Assembly: GCA_963675245.1 (NCBI GenBank)
Contig: OY775910.1
Span: 992,001 to 1,056,000 of the forward strand
Length of the DNA: 64,000 bases
From: Acholeplasmataceae bacterium
GTDB lineage: Bacteria > Bacillota_I > Bacilli_A > Acholeplasmatales > Acholeplasmataceae
Direction of reading: 5' to 3'
Of the stretch, positions 9,245 through 20,186 are shown one piece after another. The first letter of the stretch is position 1. Every line of letters begins with the position of its first letter. Made by a program: the position numbers and the translations under genes. Below the pieces are notes generated by a model. That model was not told the origin of the DNA, searched no databases, and saw only the letters and a list, made by a program, of their open reading frames with translations.

Positions 9245-9586
9245 ATGGGGGACATCATGCCGAATTACAGAACTTGGATCAAATATGTAAGTGCCAATAT
9301 TGTTTTTCATTTAATCACTTTGTTTATGATTGTGATGTTACTTATTTTTGGTAAATACACGATGATCAGTAGTGTCGTGACCGCTATGTTTATTTGCTTA
9401 GTAATGATTAGTCTAAATGGTTTAGCGGTATATGCCATAAAGAGAAGTCAAAAACGTCAAATTCAAATATGCAAACCTGCAAAATTGGTTGCGATCATTT
9501 CGCTAGTAGGTCTCATTATAGTTACGCTATTTGGTGTAAATCCTAGTCAGATAACAACGGATATAATTATGGAAGATAAAAATTAA
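9245..9586 (+). CDS. Hypothetical membrane protein (3 TM); start may be ATG 9257
   Basis: Hydrophobic ORF followed by terminator. Confidence 0.65.
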   Translation: MGDIMPNYRTWIKYVSANIVFHLITLFMIVMLLIFGKYTMISSVVTAMFICLVMISLNGLAVYAIKRSQKRQIQICKPAKLVAIISLVGLIIVTLFGVNPSQITTDIIMEDKN

Positions 9587-9613
9587 AGGCATCCATTTGG
9601 ATGCCTTCTTTTT
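9586..9613. terminator. Terminator between convergent genes
   Basis: AAGGCATCCA-T-TTGGATGCCTT then T-rich. Confidence 0.7.
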
Positions 9614-10878
9614 TAGTTTTCAGGAACGATTTCTTTTTTATATTCGAAATCAGGATAACTACTTGATAAACCATGTTCTAATAAGTCAAGTCCTGTAATT
9701 TCCTCTTCAGCAGATACGCGAAGACCAACCACAAGATCAATTACCTTAAATAGTACATAAGACGTTGTTAATGTCCATAATGCTACCGTTAATACACCAA
9801 GTGATTGAACGCCTAACATCATCGCACCGCCACCATAGAATAAACCACCTTCGGTTGCGAAAAAACCAACTAAGATTGTACCAACTGCACCACTTAAACC
9901 ATGAACGGCAATCGCCCCAACCGGATCATCAATTTTAAGCACAGAATCAATAAATGCTGATCCAAATACGATGACTAATCCAGCAATCGCCCCAATAGCT
10001 ATTGCACCACCAGCATCAACGATATCACAACCAGCAGTAATCGCGACTAAACCACCAAGTGCACCATTTAACGTGGCACCTACTTCAGGTTTTTTACTAA
10101 TGAACCAAGTAACACCCATTGTTACAATGGCACCTGTTGCTGCTGCTAGATTTGTTGTCATGAAGATATGAGAAGCAGAAGCACCACCATCACTGCTAAC
10201 ACCTAACGTTGAACCAGGATTAAAACCAAACCAACCAAACCAGAGAATGAATACACCGAGCGCGCCAAGTGTCAAACTATGTCCACTTAATTTATTGGCA
10301 CTACCATCTTTATTGTATTTGCCAATTCTTGGTCCTAATACAGCGGCACCAACTAATGCAGCCCATCCACCAACAGAGTGAACAACGGTAGATCCTGCAA
10401 AATCATGGAATCCGCCACCGATTTGACTTAACCAACCGCCTCCCCAAATCCAATGACCGACGACTGGATAAATAACGAGTGTAATAAAGAAGCTATAAAT
10501 CAAATAAGATACGAATTTTGTACGTTCTGCCATGGCACCTGAGACGATGGTTGCTGCAGTCGCTGCGAACACAGTTTGGAAAATCATAAAAGCAGGTAAA
10601 GGAATCGTTAATCCTAAATGTTCATAAAGTGAGTTAGAAAATAAATATATTTGTCCAAACACACCTCCAATACTTTCCCCGAACATAATGCTAAAACCAA
10701 AAATGAAATAAATGACAGAACCAACAGCAAAGTCCATTAAGTTCTTCATAATAATATTTCCGGCATTTTTAGCTCGTGTAAACCCAGTTTCTACCATCGC
10801 AAACCCAGCTTGCATAAAGAACACAAGTGCAGTAGCAACTAAAACCCAAATTGTATCAATGGCCATACTATAATCCAT
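9613..10878 (-). CDS. amtB: Ammonium transporter
   Basis: LVFFMQAGFAMVE, DFAGSTVVH, WFGWFGFNPGS, DDPVGAIAVH; start MDYSM at 10878 after AGAGGGA. Confidence 0.95.
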   Translation of the reverse strand: MDYSMAIDTIWVLVATALVFFMQAGFAMVETGFTRAKNAGNIIMKNLMDFAVGSVIYFIFGFSIMFGESIGGVFGQIYLFSNSLYEHLGLTIPLPAFMIFQTVFAATAATIVSGAMAERTKFVSYLIYSFFITLVIYPVVGHWIWGGGWLSQIGGGFHDFAGSTVVHSVGGWAALVGAAVLGPRIGKYNKDGSANKLSGHSLTLGALGVFILWFGWFGFNPGSTLGVSSDGGASASHIFMTTNLAAATGAIVTMGVTWFISKKPEVGATLNGALGGLVAITAGCDIVDAGGAIAIGAIAGLVIVFGSAFIDSVLKIDDPVGAIAVHGLSGAVGTILVGFFATEGGLFYGGGAMMLGVQSLGVLTVALWTLTTSYVLFKVIDLVVGLRVSAEEEITGLDLLEHGLSSSYPDFEYKKEIVPEN

Positions 10879-11276
10879 AAAAATCCCTCTTTCTTTACAA
10901 TAATATGTTGAAATCTTACTATAAAAGCAATCAATATACAACATAAAATGTAAATAAACTATAAAACTTTACATTGAAAATGTTTTCAAAGCTTATTCGT
11001 TTAGTATACGATTGCATATTTGGGTGTATTTATATTAAATATAGGGTAAATATGTAAAGTTCACTATAAATCATGAAAATTGCAAGAAAGGCTTTCATAT
11101 TGTTTGCCAAAGTGCTACAATTGATAAACGGTGGGGCATACCCTAAATGTCTTTTTTACAATGATTTTTAAAATCATTCTAATGTGGCTAAAAATTGAAA
11201 AAGGTCTTAAAAAAAACGACCTTTTGTAATATAATAAACATGTTAGTAATAAAGCGATGTAAAGGAGTATGAATAG

Positions 11277-11738
11277 ATGCTAAAAGCAGGCGTGAAAGCT
11301 GAACAATTCAGTTTGCCTGATGCTGATGGAAATATTCATAATCTATCAGATTATCGGGGTAAAAGAATCGTCTTATATTTCTATCCAAAAGATATGACAT
11401 CTGGATGTACGACACAAGCATGCGCATTTCGTGATGTGTATGATGAATATAAGGAAAGAGATCTGACATTGATTGGTATCTCAAAAGATGATGGGAAAAG
11501 CCATAAAAAGTTTATCGAAACACATGAACTTCCTTTCCTATTATTAAGTGATGTCGATACAGCAGTATGTAAAGCATATGGTGTATGGGTTGAAAAATCA
11601 CTTTATGGCAATAAATATATGGGTATTCAACGTGCAACATTCATCATCGATGAAGAAGGTACGATTATTAAAGTCTTTGAGAAGGCATCTCCAAAAGAGA
11701 ATGCAAATAATATACTTAAGTTTTTAGATCATTACTAG
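11277..11738 (+). CDS. bcp: Thioredoxin-dependent thiol peroxidase
   Basis: YFYPKDMTSGCTTQAC. Confidence 0.93.
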   Translation: MLKAGVKAEQFSLPDADGNIHNLSDYRGKRIVLYFYPKDMTSGCTTQACAFRDVYDEYKERDLTLIGISKDDGKSHKKFIETHELPFLLLSDVDTAVCKAYGVWVEKSLYGNKYMGIQRATFIIDEEGTIIKVFEKASPKENANNILKFLDHY

Positions 11739-11747
11739 GAGGTTAAC

Positions 11748-14700
11748 ATGGTTACAAAAAAAGTAATTAAGTCTATGGATGGTAATGAAGCTGCTGCTTA
11801 TTGCGCATATGCATTTACTGAGTTAGCAGGTATCTATCCGATTACACCATCCTCCCCAATGGCACAATTTATTGACCTTTGGGCATCGCAAGGCAAAAAG
11901 AATTTATTCGGTATGCCTGTAAAAGTAGTCGAAATGCAAAGTGAAGCTGGTGCTGCAGGTACTGTTCACGGTTCACTCCAAATGGGTGCATTAACAACAA
12001 CATTTACTGCATCACAAGGTTTATTATTAAAGGTTCCTAACATGTATAAAATTGCTGGTCAATTATTACCAGGAGTTATTCATGTTGCTGCTCGTTCAAT
12101 TGCCGCACAAGCATTATCAATCTTTGGTGATCACCAAGACGTCATGGCTGCTCGTCAAACTGGATGGGGTATGATTGCTTCCACATCTGTACAATCTTCA
12201 ATGGATTTAGCAGGTGTTGCTCACTTATCCGCAATCAAATCAAGCGTACCATTTGTTCATTTCTTTGATGGTTTTAGAACGTCACATGAAGTTCAATCGA
12301 TCGAAGTAATGGATTATGAAGTGTTTGATAGATTGTTAGACCGTGAAGCAGTTGCTAAATTTAGATCTATTGGATTAAATCCTGAACATCCAATCACACG
12401 CGGTACTGCACAAAGTGATGATGTCTATTTCCAAACACGTATTTTACAAGCATCACATTACGAACAAGTTCCTGATGTTGTTAATGACTATATGAAAGAA
12501 ATTTCTAAAGTCACGGGTCGTGATTATGCACCATTTGTATGGTATGGCGATCCAGAAGCAACTGATGCTATTGTTGCAATGGGATCAATTTGTAGTTCCG
12601 CTAAACAAACAGTAGACTATTTAAATGCAAATGGCAAAAAGGTTGGTCTTTTAACTGTTCACCTTTATCGTCCATTCAGCACGAAATATTTCTTAGATGC
12701 AATGCCAGCATCTGTTAAACGTATTGCTGTTTTAGATAGAACAATTGAACCAGGATCTATTGGAGAACCATTATATTTAGATATCAAATCATTATATTAT
12801 GATGCTGAAGATAAACCACTTATTCTTGGTGGTCGTTATGGCCTTTCTTCAAAAGATACAACACCTGCAATGGTCAAAGCGATTTATGACAACTTAGAAG
12901 GTGAACAAAAAGATCACTTTACGATTGGTATTGACGATGATGTCACACATACATCACTTGAATATGATAAGACACTTGATCTTGTTGATGAAAATACAAC
13001 AGAATTATTATTCTTCGGTTTAGGTTCTGATGGTACCGTTGGTGCCTCAAAGAATATTACGAAGATTATTGGTGACCACACAGACTTATTCTCACAAGCT
13101 TATGCATCTTACGATTCTAAAAAAGCTGGTGGTATTACGAGAATGCATTTACGTTTCTCTGATAAACCAATCCGTTCTACGTATTTAGTTAATTATCCAA
13201 ACTTTGTCTCTTGTTCAACAGATACCTATTTGAAAAAATATGATATGCTTAAAGGTCTTAAAGACGGTGGTACATTCTTACTTAATACACAAACACCTGT
13301 CGAAGATATTGAAGCACATCTTCCAAATCGCGTAAAACGTCAATTAGCACAAAAGAAAGCGAAATTCTATATTATTAACGCTGTAGATCTTGCTTATGAA
13401 ATTGGTTTAGGACGCCGTATTAACACGATTATGCAATCTGCATTCTTCAAATTAAACGAACATTTAATGAACGCTGAAGATGCAAATAAGTATATGAAAG
13501 AATATGCTAAGAAGACTTATGGACGTAAAGGTGACGCCATCGTTAAGATGAACGCTGCTGCAATTGATGCCGGCTATAAGAACTTAGTTGAAGTTAAAGT
13601 CAATCCTGATTGGGCACTCCTAACAGATGACGTTAAAGCTGAAGATAACGATCGTCCAGATTTCGTTAAGAAAATCGCAGATGTCGTTAATGCAATTGAA
13701 GGGGATTCACTTCCAGTTTCTGCGTTCTTAGGCTATGAAGATGCACATATGACAAACGGTACAACAGCATATGAAAAACGCGGTATCGCAAACTTCGTCC
13801 CTGAATGGCGTAGTGAAAATTGTATTCAATGTAATCAATGTGTATTCGCATGTCCTCATGGCGTCATTAGAGCATTCTTGGCAGATGAGTCTGAAGTTGC
13901 TGGCGCACCTGAAAGTGCTAAAATGTTAGATGCTAGAGGAAAAGACATGGCTGGTATGAAGTTCACAATTCAAGTGTCAACACTTGATTGTACAGAATGC
14001 GGACTATGTGTTGAAGTATGTCCTACAAAAGAAAAATCACTTGCTATGGTACCAATTGGCGATCAACTTGCACTTGGTTCACAACAAACAGCTGATTATT
14101 TCTTCAATGAAGTTACTTATAAAGATATGGGTACAAACAATCCTAAGAACCTATCATTTAATCAACCATTATTTGAATTCTCAGGTGCTTGTGCAGGTTG
14201 TGGTGAAACACCTTATATTAAGGCGTTAACCCAATTATATGGTGATCACTTAGTGATTGCTAATGCAACGGGTTGTACATCTATTTATGGTGCGTCATTC
14301 CCAGCAACACCTTACACAACAAACAAAGAAGGTTTTGGTCCTGCTTGGGCTAACTCACTCTTTGAAGATAATGCTGAATTTGGATTTGGTATGCGTATTG
14401 CTTATGAAACCATTAGAGATAGAGTACAAACACTCTTCGCTGATCATTTAGATGACATGCCTGCTGATTTAAAAGAAAAAGCACAATCATGGATTGAAAA
14501 CAGATCAAGTGCTGAAATCACAAGATCACTGAAGAAAGATTTAGTTGCAGGTCTTGAAAAAATTAATAAACCATTCGCCAAAGAATTATTAAGTATTAAA
14601 GAATACTTTGGAAAAGTTTCTCAATGGATTATCGGTGGAGATGGTTGGGCTTATGACATCGGTTATGGTGGATTAGATCACGTTATCGCAAATAACGAAG

Positions 14701-15290
14701 ACGTTAACATCCTCGTATTAGATACTGAAGTTTATTCTAACACTGGTGGTCAATCTTCAAAAGCAGCTCCAATGGGTGCGATTGCTAAATTCGCAGCTGC
14801 TGGTAAGCCAACTAAGAAGAAAGATTTAGGTGCAATCGCAATGAGTTATGGTCATGTTTATGTGGCTCAAATTTCACATGGTGCATCACCTGCTCAAGTT
14901 GTGAAAGCATTTAAAGAAGCTGAAAGTTATAATGGTCCATCAATTATTATTGCTTATGCACCATGTATTGAACATAACATCAAAGGTGGATTAACAAATT
15001 CATTTGCTCAAGCTAAACTTGCAACACAATGTGGGTACTGGCCAACTTATCGTTTTGACCCACGTTTAGAAGAAGAAGGAAAGAATCCATTCCAACTTGA
15101 TTCACGTGAACCAGTTTGGGATATGTATCAAGACTTCTTATTAAATGAAGGACGTTTCTCTCAACTTACACAAATCAACCCAGATCACGCAGCTGAGTTG
15201 TTAGATGCAAACATGAAAAATGCACAAAAACGTTGGCGTATGTATCAACGTTATAAAGCAATGGATTATTCACTTTCTGAAGAAGAATAA
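11748..15290 (+). CDS. nifJ: Pyruvate:ferredoxin (flavodoxin) oxidoreductase
   Basis: IYPITPSS, CIQCNQCVFACP, CTECGLCVEVCP, FSGACAGCGE, GGDGWAYDIG. Confidence 0.96.
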   Translation: MVTKKVIKSMDGNEAAAYCAYAFTELAGIYPITPSSPMAQFIDLWASQGKKNLFGMPVKVVEMQSEAGAAGTVHGSLQMGALTTTFTASQGLLLKVPNMYKIAGQLLPGVIHVAARSIAAQALSIFGDHQDVMAARQTGWGMIASTSVQSSMDLAGVAHLSAIKSSVPFVHFFDGFRTSHEVQSIEVMDYEVFDRLLDREAVAKFRSIGLNPEHPITRGTAQSDDVYFQTRILQASHYEQVPDVVNDYMKEISKVTGRDYAPFVWYGDPEATDAIVAMGSICSSAKQTVDYLNANGKKVGLLTVHLYRPFSTKYFLDAMPASVKRIAVLDRTIEPGSIGEPLYLDIKSLYYDAEDKPLILGGRYGLSSKDTTPAMVKAIYDNLEGEQKDHFTIGIDDDVTHTSLEYDKTLDLVDENTTELLFFGLGSDGTVGASKNITKIIGDHTDLFSQAYASYDSKKAGGITRMHLRFSDKPIRSTYLVNYPNFVSCSTDTYLKKYDMLKGLKDGGTFLLNTQTPVEDIEAHLPNRVKRQLAQKKAKFYIINAVDLAYEIGLGRRINTIMQSAFFKLNEHLMNAEDANKYMKEYAKKTYGRKGDAIVKMNAAAIDAGYKNLVEVKVNPDWALLTDDVKAEDNDRPDFVKKIADVVNAIEGDSLPVSAFLGYEDAHMTNGTTAYEKRGIANFVPEWRSENCIQCNQCVFACPHGVIRAFLADESEVAGAPESAKMLDARGKDMAGMKFTIQVSTLDCTECGLCVEVCPTKEKSLAMVPIGDQLALGSQQTADYFFNEVTYKDMGTNNPKNLSFNQPLFEFSGACAGCGETPYIKALTQLYGDHLVIANATGCTSIYGASFPATPYTTNKEGFGPAWANSLFEDNAEFGFGMRIAYETIRDRVQTLFADHLDDMPADLKEKAQSWIENRSSAEITRSLKKDLVAGLEKINKPFAKELLSIKEYFGKVSQWIIGGDGWAYDIGYGGLDHVIANNEDVNILVLDTEVYSNTGGQSSKAAPMGAIAKFAAAGKPTKKKDLGAIAMSYGHVYVAQISHGASPAQVVKAFKEAESYNGPSIIIAYAPCIEHNIKGGLTNSFAQAKLATQCGYWPTYRFDPRLEEEGKNPFQLDSREPVWDMYQDFLLNEGRFSQLTQINPDHAAELLDANMKNAQKRWRMYQRYKAMDYSLSEEE

Positions 15291-15454
15291 TAACATACAC
15301 AACAAAAGGCTTCAATCTTTATAGATTGAGGTCTTTTTTACATTATTATCCATTTGAATGGTAATTCAAAGCAAAATATCGAAAATAAATTGAATTTCAC
15401 GTCATTTTATGATAGAGTATTATTATCCTAAAAATATGGAAGAACGGTGAAGTT

Positions 15455-15661
15455 ATGCAAGAATTTATCAAAAAATATAAATTTCTCTTAATTGTGATAG
15501 GGCTCGTCTTGATCTGTCTATTACCGACACTTATTCTATTCAGCATATTACAACGTGAGTTCGTTGATATCGGTTTATTATTTACAGCAATTTTGTTTGT
15601 TATACTCATCTTACCGATTAGAAGTGCTCTTAATAAATATAAGGAATCTAGAAAAGATTAA
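15455..15661 (+). CDS. Small 2-TM membrane protein
   Basis: 68 aa, two hydrophobic helices, basic ends. Confidence 0.55.
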   Translation: MQEFIKKYKFLLIVIGLVLICLLPTLILFSILQREFVDIGLLFTAILFVILILPIRSALNKYKESRKD

Positions 15662-15914
15662 TAGATACAAATTAGGGCGGGCGTAAATCCCAATATACTT
15701 TCTATATTTATATGCACACGTGAAAAAACGTCAATTCAAAACTGAAAGTGCAAAATCTTAAATTATTTGAAAGTTATTTGTAAAAACACCCTAAAGTGAC
15801 AAAGTTATTAAAAAAATCGTATGAGTAAACGTTTTCAACATGAGAAAATAGTCAAAATAAGGTTTTTTTGGTATAATACATATAAATATTTTTTTAAAAG
15901 GAGAGAAAAAAGTA

Positions 15915-18878
15915 ATGAAAAAAATTTTATCAATTCTATTCATCTTATCTTTCGCATTCGCACTCGTTGCATGTCAAGATGAACCTGAACCAGATCCAGT
16001 TAACACTGCTCCAGTGATCTCAGGTGCTGTTGACGTTCCTGACTTAGTGCATGGTACTGCCTTTGATCCACTTGAAGGTGTAAGTGCTGCAGATGCTGAA
16101 GATGGAGATCTTACATCATCTATCGTCGTATCAGGCGATACAGTTGATGTAAATGTAGATGGTGTATACGAAGTTACATACACTGTTGAAGACTCAGAAG
16201 GCTTAACAGACTCAGTGACGATTAATGTTACAGTCTACACACCTAACAGAGCTCCAGTTATTTCAGGTGCTTCAAGTTCAGCTATTGAAGTTGGTGGAAC
16301 ATTTGATCCAACTGCTGGCGTAAGTGCTGCTGATGCTGAAGATGGTGATATCACAGCTGATATCGTTGTTACAGGTTCTGTAGACAGTTCAGTTCCTGGT
16401 AGAAACCAAATCACTTACTCTGTTGAAGACTCAGAAGGTTTAGTTGGTTATGCAACTATCAACGTATTAGTCGTTGAAGATGTTGATGCACTTTATAGTG
16501 GTACATTAAATCTTAAGTTTGCTAGTTCCGACACTAAAAACACTTTCTTTGCTGCTGCTGAAAGATACTTATTAGATAACATGGTTGGTGGTATTCCATT
16601 CTATGTTGCTAACTCATTCTCATTGTTAGCTGCTCGTGTTACATTACCAGTTGATTCATATATTCCATCATATGGTTGGGGTACTCGTTATGCTCAAGTA
16701 ACTGCTGATGACTCACAAGTATTAAATGTTAGTGGTCAATTCGGCGAAGCTGGTGAATATACATACCGTGCTTGGGATACTCAAACATTCTCAACACTTA
16801 ATTACTGGATTTATGATGATTCAATATCAGCTGACTACATGGCTTATATTAACGGTGGTTTCTACGTTCAAGCATTAAATGATGCTCAAAACGGTTGGGA
16901 ATTCGTTCCTGAACTTGCTGATGGTGCTCCAGTTGCTGTAGGACCAACGGTAGCAGAAATTAACGGTAAAGTTACTTCTAAGTCATGGCAAATTTCACTT
17001 AAAGATGGCTTACAATGGGCGTTTAATTCAGGTATTGATACAACAGGATTTGATTTAGTAATCGATGCTAATGACTTCATCTGGACATATAAAGAAGCAT
17101 TAACACAAAATTACTTCCGTGCTATTTCTGGTGGTGGTGACTTCGTTTCTGAAATCGCTGGCGCTGAAGCATATTCACAACGTGCTGCTGAAATTTACGG
17201 TGGTGACGCTGAACCTACAGCTGCTGAACTTGCTGAATTAGAAACATTATGGGCTTCAGTAGGTCTTAAGAAAATTGATGACCTTACACTTGAATTCACA
17301 ACAATTAATGCTAAAGGCACATTCGATGCTTATTATCTATTAGCTTGGCCAGCAATCCAACAAGATCTTTATGACCAAGATCCTGAATCTTATGGTACTG
17401 ATGAATTACACATCGCTTCAAGTGGTGAATATGTAATGACTTCATTCGAAGCTGGCAAACTTACACAATTTAGAAAGAATCCTCTTTATCCAACTGATGA
17501 TGTTGGTGTAACACAATGGACTGGTTATGATATCTTTATCTATGAATCAGCTGAAGTTGCGTTCCAAGCATTCTTAGATGGGAAACTTGAAATGAGCGGC
17601 GTTCCAAATGCTCGTATCCAAGAATTCATTTCGGATCCAAGATTACTTCAAACACCAGATGCTACAACATGGAGACTTAATGTTAATGGTTTAAAAACAC
17701 CAGAACAACAACAATCTGAATTCCCTGGTTCAACATATGATCCAGAACCAATCTTAGGTTATACAGACTTTAGAAAAGCCCTTTACTACATCTTAGACAG
17801 ACAAGACTTACAAGAAAACTGGGTTCCTTCATCTGGTCTTGGTACAACTTACTTCTCAAATGCATACTATGTAGATCCAGAATCAGGTATTCCTTACCGT
17901 TCATCAGAACAAGCTCTAGAATTATTCAATGACTTTGGTGGTGAAACTTGGGGTTACAATAAAGGCTTAGCATTATCTTACTTAAGAAGTGCTGTAAGTG
18001 AAGCAATTGCAGATGGTTTCTATGAAGCAGGTACTGCTCAAGAATATAATGAAATCAAACTTGAAGTTCGTTTCATGAATATTACGCAAAGTGATGCAAC
18101 TAAAGTACGTTCAGACTTTGTCAAACAAGCATTCGAATTATTAGTTGATAACACAAACTACGTTAAAGTAGTCGTTGACATCGTTGACACACCATTCCCA
18201 TCAATCTATTATGATTACATGATGACTGGTGACTTTGATATCGCTATTGGTGGTATCCAAGGTTCAGCACTTGATGCTTCTTCATTCTTAGATGTATTCT
18301 CATCAGATAATCGTGGTGGCTTCACAATTAACTGGGGCTTTGATTCATCACTTCCTGAAGTTCCAGTAACTTGGGATGATGACAATGATCCACTTACACC
18401 AGATGTCACTAAAGTATTCTCATATGATGCGATTGTTACTGCTCTTAACGGTAAAGCAACAATTTCATTAGGTGATGACGTACCTCCAACGCTTGACGCT
18501 GGCGAATACGCTGACTGGGATGCTGTTAAATCAGAAATCGAAGACTTTGTTGATCCATATGCTTATCCAGAATTTACCGGTGGACCATTCGAAATCATTG
18601 AAGATGAATCTGCTCTTGGTGGTATTTGGATTGTTCTTCCAGAAGGTACAACATTCGCTGATGTTCAAACAGCATTTGCTACTTGGCATTATTGGACAGA
18701 AGAAGAGTATGAAGGCGATTGGGGTGCAGAATTCGAATCACCATCAGGTACATTCGTAATTTATGGACCAGATTGGACTGTTGAAGATTCAGCAGGTGCA
18801 GACTATGCTGCTTACTATGGCATCGTCGTTCCAACAGATAACGAAGGTAACCCACTTCCATCACTCTTACTTTACTAA
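15915..18878 (+). CDS. oppA: Oligopeptide ABC transporter substrate-binding lipoprotein with two N-terminal Ig-like domains
   Basis: Lipobox LVAC; two APVISGA...DAEDGD repeats; family-5 SBP core (PELA...LKDGLQW...ANDF); heads oppBCDF. Confidence 0.85.
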   Translation: MKKILSILFILSFAFALVACQDEPEPDPVNTAPVISGAVDVPDLVHGTAFDPLEGVSAADAEDGDLTSSIVVSGDTVDVNVDGVYEVTYTVEDSEGLTDSVTINVTVYTPNRAPVISGASSSAIEVGGTFDPTAGVSAADAEDGDITADIVVTGSVDSSVPGRNQITYSVEDSEGLVGYATINVLVVEDVDALYSGTLNLKFASSDTKNTFFAAAERYLLDNMVGGIPFYVANSFSLLAARVTLPVDSYIPSYGWGTRYAQVTADDSQVLNVSGQFGEAGEYTYRAWDTQTFSTLNYWIYDDSISADYMAYINGGFYVQALNDAQNGWEFVPELADGAPVAVGPTVAEINGKVTSKSWQISLKDGLQWAFNSGIDTTGFDLVIDANDFIWTYKEALTQNYFRAISGGGDFVSEIAGAEAYSQRAAEIYGGDAEPTAAELAELETLWASVGLKKIDDLTLEFTTINAKGTFDAYYLLAWPAIQQDLYDQDPESYGTDELHIASSGEYVMTSFEAGKLTQFRKNPLYPTDDVGVTQWTGYDIFIYESAEVAFQAFLDGKLEMSGVPNARIQEFISDPRLLQTPDATTWRLNVNGLKTPEQQQSEFPGSTYDPEPILGYTDFRKALYYILDRQDLQENWVPSSGLGTTYFSNAYYVDPESGIPYRSSEQALELFNDFGGETWGYNKGLALSYLRSAVSEAIADGFYEAGTAQEYNEIKLEVRFMNITQSDATKVRSDFVKQAFELLVDNTNYVKVVVDIVDTPFPSIYYDYMMTGDFDIAIGGIQGSALDASSFLDVFSSDNRGGFTINWGFDSSLPEVPVTWDDDNDPLTPDVTKVFSYDAIVTALNGKATISLGDDVPPTLDAGEYADWDAVKSEIEDFVDPYAYPEFTGGPFEIIEDESALGGIWIVLPEGTTFADVQTAFATWHYWTEEEYEGDWGAEFESPSGTFVIYGPDWTVEDSAGADYAAYYGIVVPTDNEGNPLPSLLLY

Positions 18879-19058
18879 GATTATTAATTAATTTTAAATA
18901 ATTAAATAGTTAGAACACGTAGGGAATAAATCATCCTTTCAAAAAGAGGATGATTTATTCCTATGTGTAACTATAAAGACAAAAAAAGACAAATATTGCG
19001 TTTCTTGGTATAATGTCAATAAGCACAATATTAACTAGATTTAGATTGGAGTTATACT

Positions 19059-20186
19059 ATGTTAAGATATTTCCTAATGCGTCTCTTATGGGTGTTTATC
19101 ATCTTGTTTACAATCTTAACAATAACATTCTTATTTTTGAAAATTCAACCAGAGTTTCCACCAACAAAATATGATGAGAAAAAATCTTGGTTAGCCAGAC
19201 AGTGGACTGATGGCTATATGACAAGAATAGTTATTGATATTGATTATAAACCAACACCGGATTCGCTTCCATTAAACAGAAACACTCTAGCTGCTTTACA
19301 AGATGAATATGTAAACAATTCAGAATACTATACAATTTATACAGATCAAGATCCTAATAATCCGCAGCGCACACTGTGGGTCTTTGAACGTGTGCCAATT
19401 TCCCAGCAATATGGGACATGGCTAAACAAAGTTTTTACCGAGTTTGACTGGGGAACCTCCACGAGAATTCAAACAAATGTTGACGCGACCTACATTTTAA
19501 ATCGAACATTCAAATATACAATTGGTGTCAATTTAATCGTTTTACTATTACAAATTCCTATCGGATTAATTATTGGATCTGTAGCAGCCATTAGGAAAGA
19601 TAAATTATTTGATAATATAACGTCAGTTGTTATTATGGTATTTATTTCTTTACCTGCTTTTGTTGTTATTATGTTGTTAATGAAATGGTTTGGATCTGAC
19701 CTCGGATGGGTACCCTATCAGTGGCCACCAGATAACGATCCATTAGCGACAAGAATTTTAGGATATTTTATTCCGGTAATTTCACTTTCGTTAGGTGGTA
19801 TAGCTGGTCTTTCACGTCGTGTAAGAGCAGAACTAGCAGAAGGCTTAACGCAAGATTTCGTATTATTAGCAAGAACAAAAGGTCTCTCAAAGAGACAAGC
19901 TATTTTCAGACATGCTTTAAGAATGAGTTTGACACCAATTATTCCGGGTCTATTCTTTAGTTTCGTAACACTACTTGGTGGTGCTGGTATCACTGAAACT
20001 GTTTATGGTATTCCTGGTGCTGGTCGTATGTTTATTCAAGCGAGTTTAAGAGGTACACCTGATTATAACGTTATTATGTATGATACTGCATTCTTCGGCT
20101 TTATTGGCCTATTTACAAGCATTCTCATTGATATGTCTTACGGCTTAGTTGATCCGAGAATCAAGATGGGAGCGCGCAATGGATAA
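19059..20186 (+). CDS. oppB: Oligopeptide ABC permease
   Basis: QDFVLLARTKGLS...RHALR, YGLVDPRI. Confidence 0.9.
   Translation: MLRYFLMRLLWVFIILFTILTITFLFLKIQPEFPPTKYDEKKSWLARQWTDGYMTRIVIDIDYKPTPDSLPLNRNTLAALQDEYVNNSEYYTIYTDQDPNNPQRTLWVFERVPISQQYGTWLNKVFTEFDWGTSTRIQTNVDATYILNRTFKYTIGVNLIVLLLQIPIGLIIGSVAAIRKDKLFDNITSVVIMVFISLPAFVVIMLLMKWFGSDLGWVPYQWPPDNDPLATRILGYFIPVISLSLGGIAGLSRRVRAELAEGLTQDFVLLARTKGLSKRQAIFRHALRMSLTPIIPGLFFSFVTLLGGAGITETVYGIPGAGRMFIQASLRGTPDYNVIMYDTAFFGFIGLFTSILIDMSYGLVDPRIKMGARNG

Noticed and set aside
10949..10973. TGTAAA-N13-TTTACA upstream of amtB as a GlnR/TnrA box
   Set aside because: Spacing does not match TGTNA-N7-TNACA.
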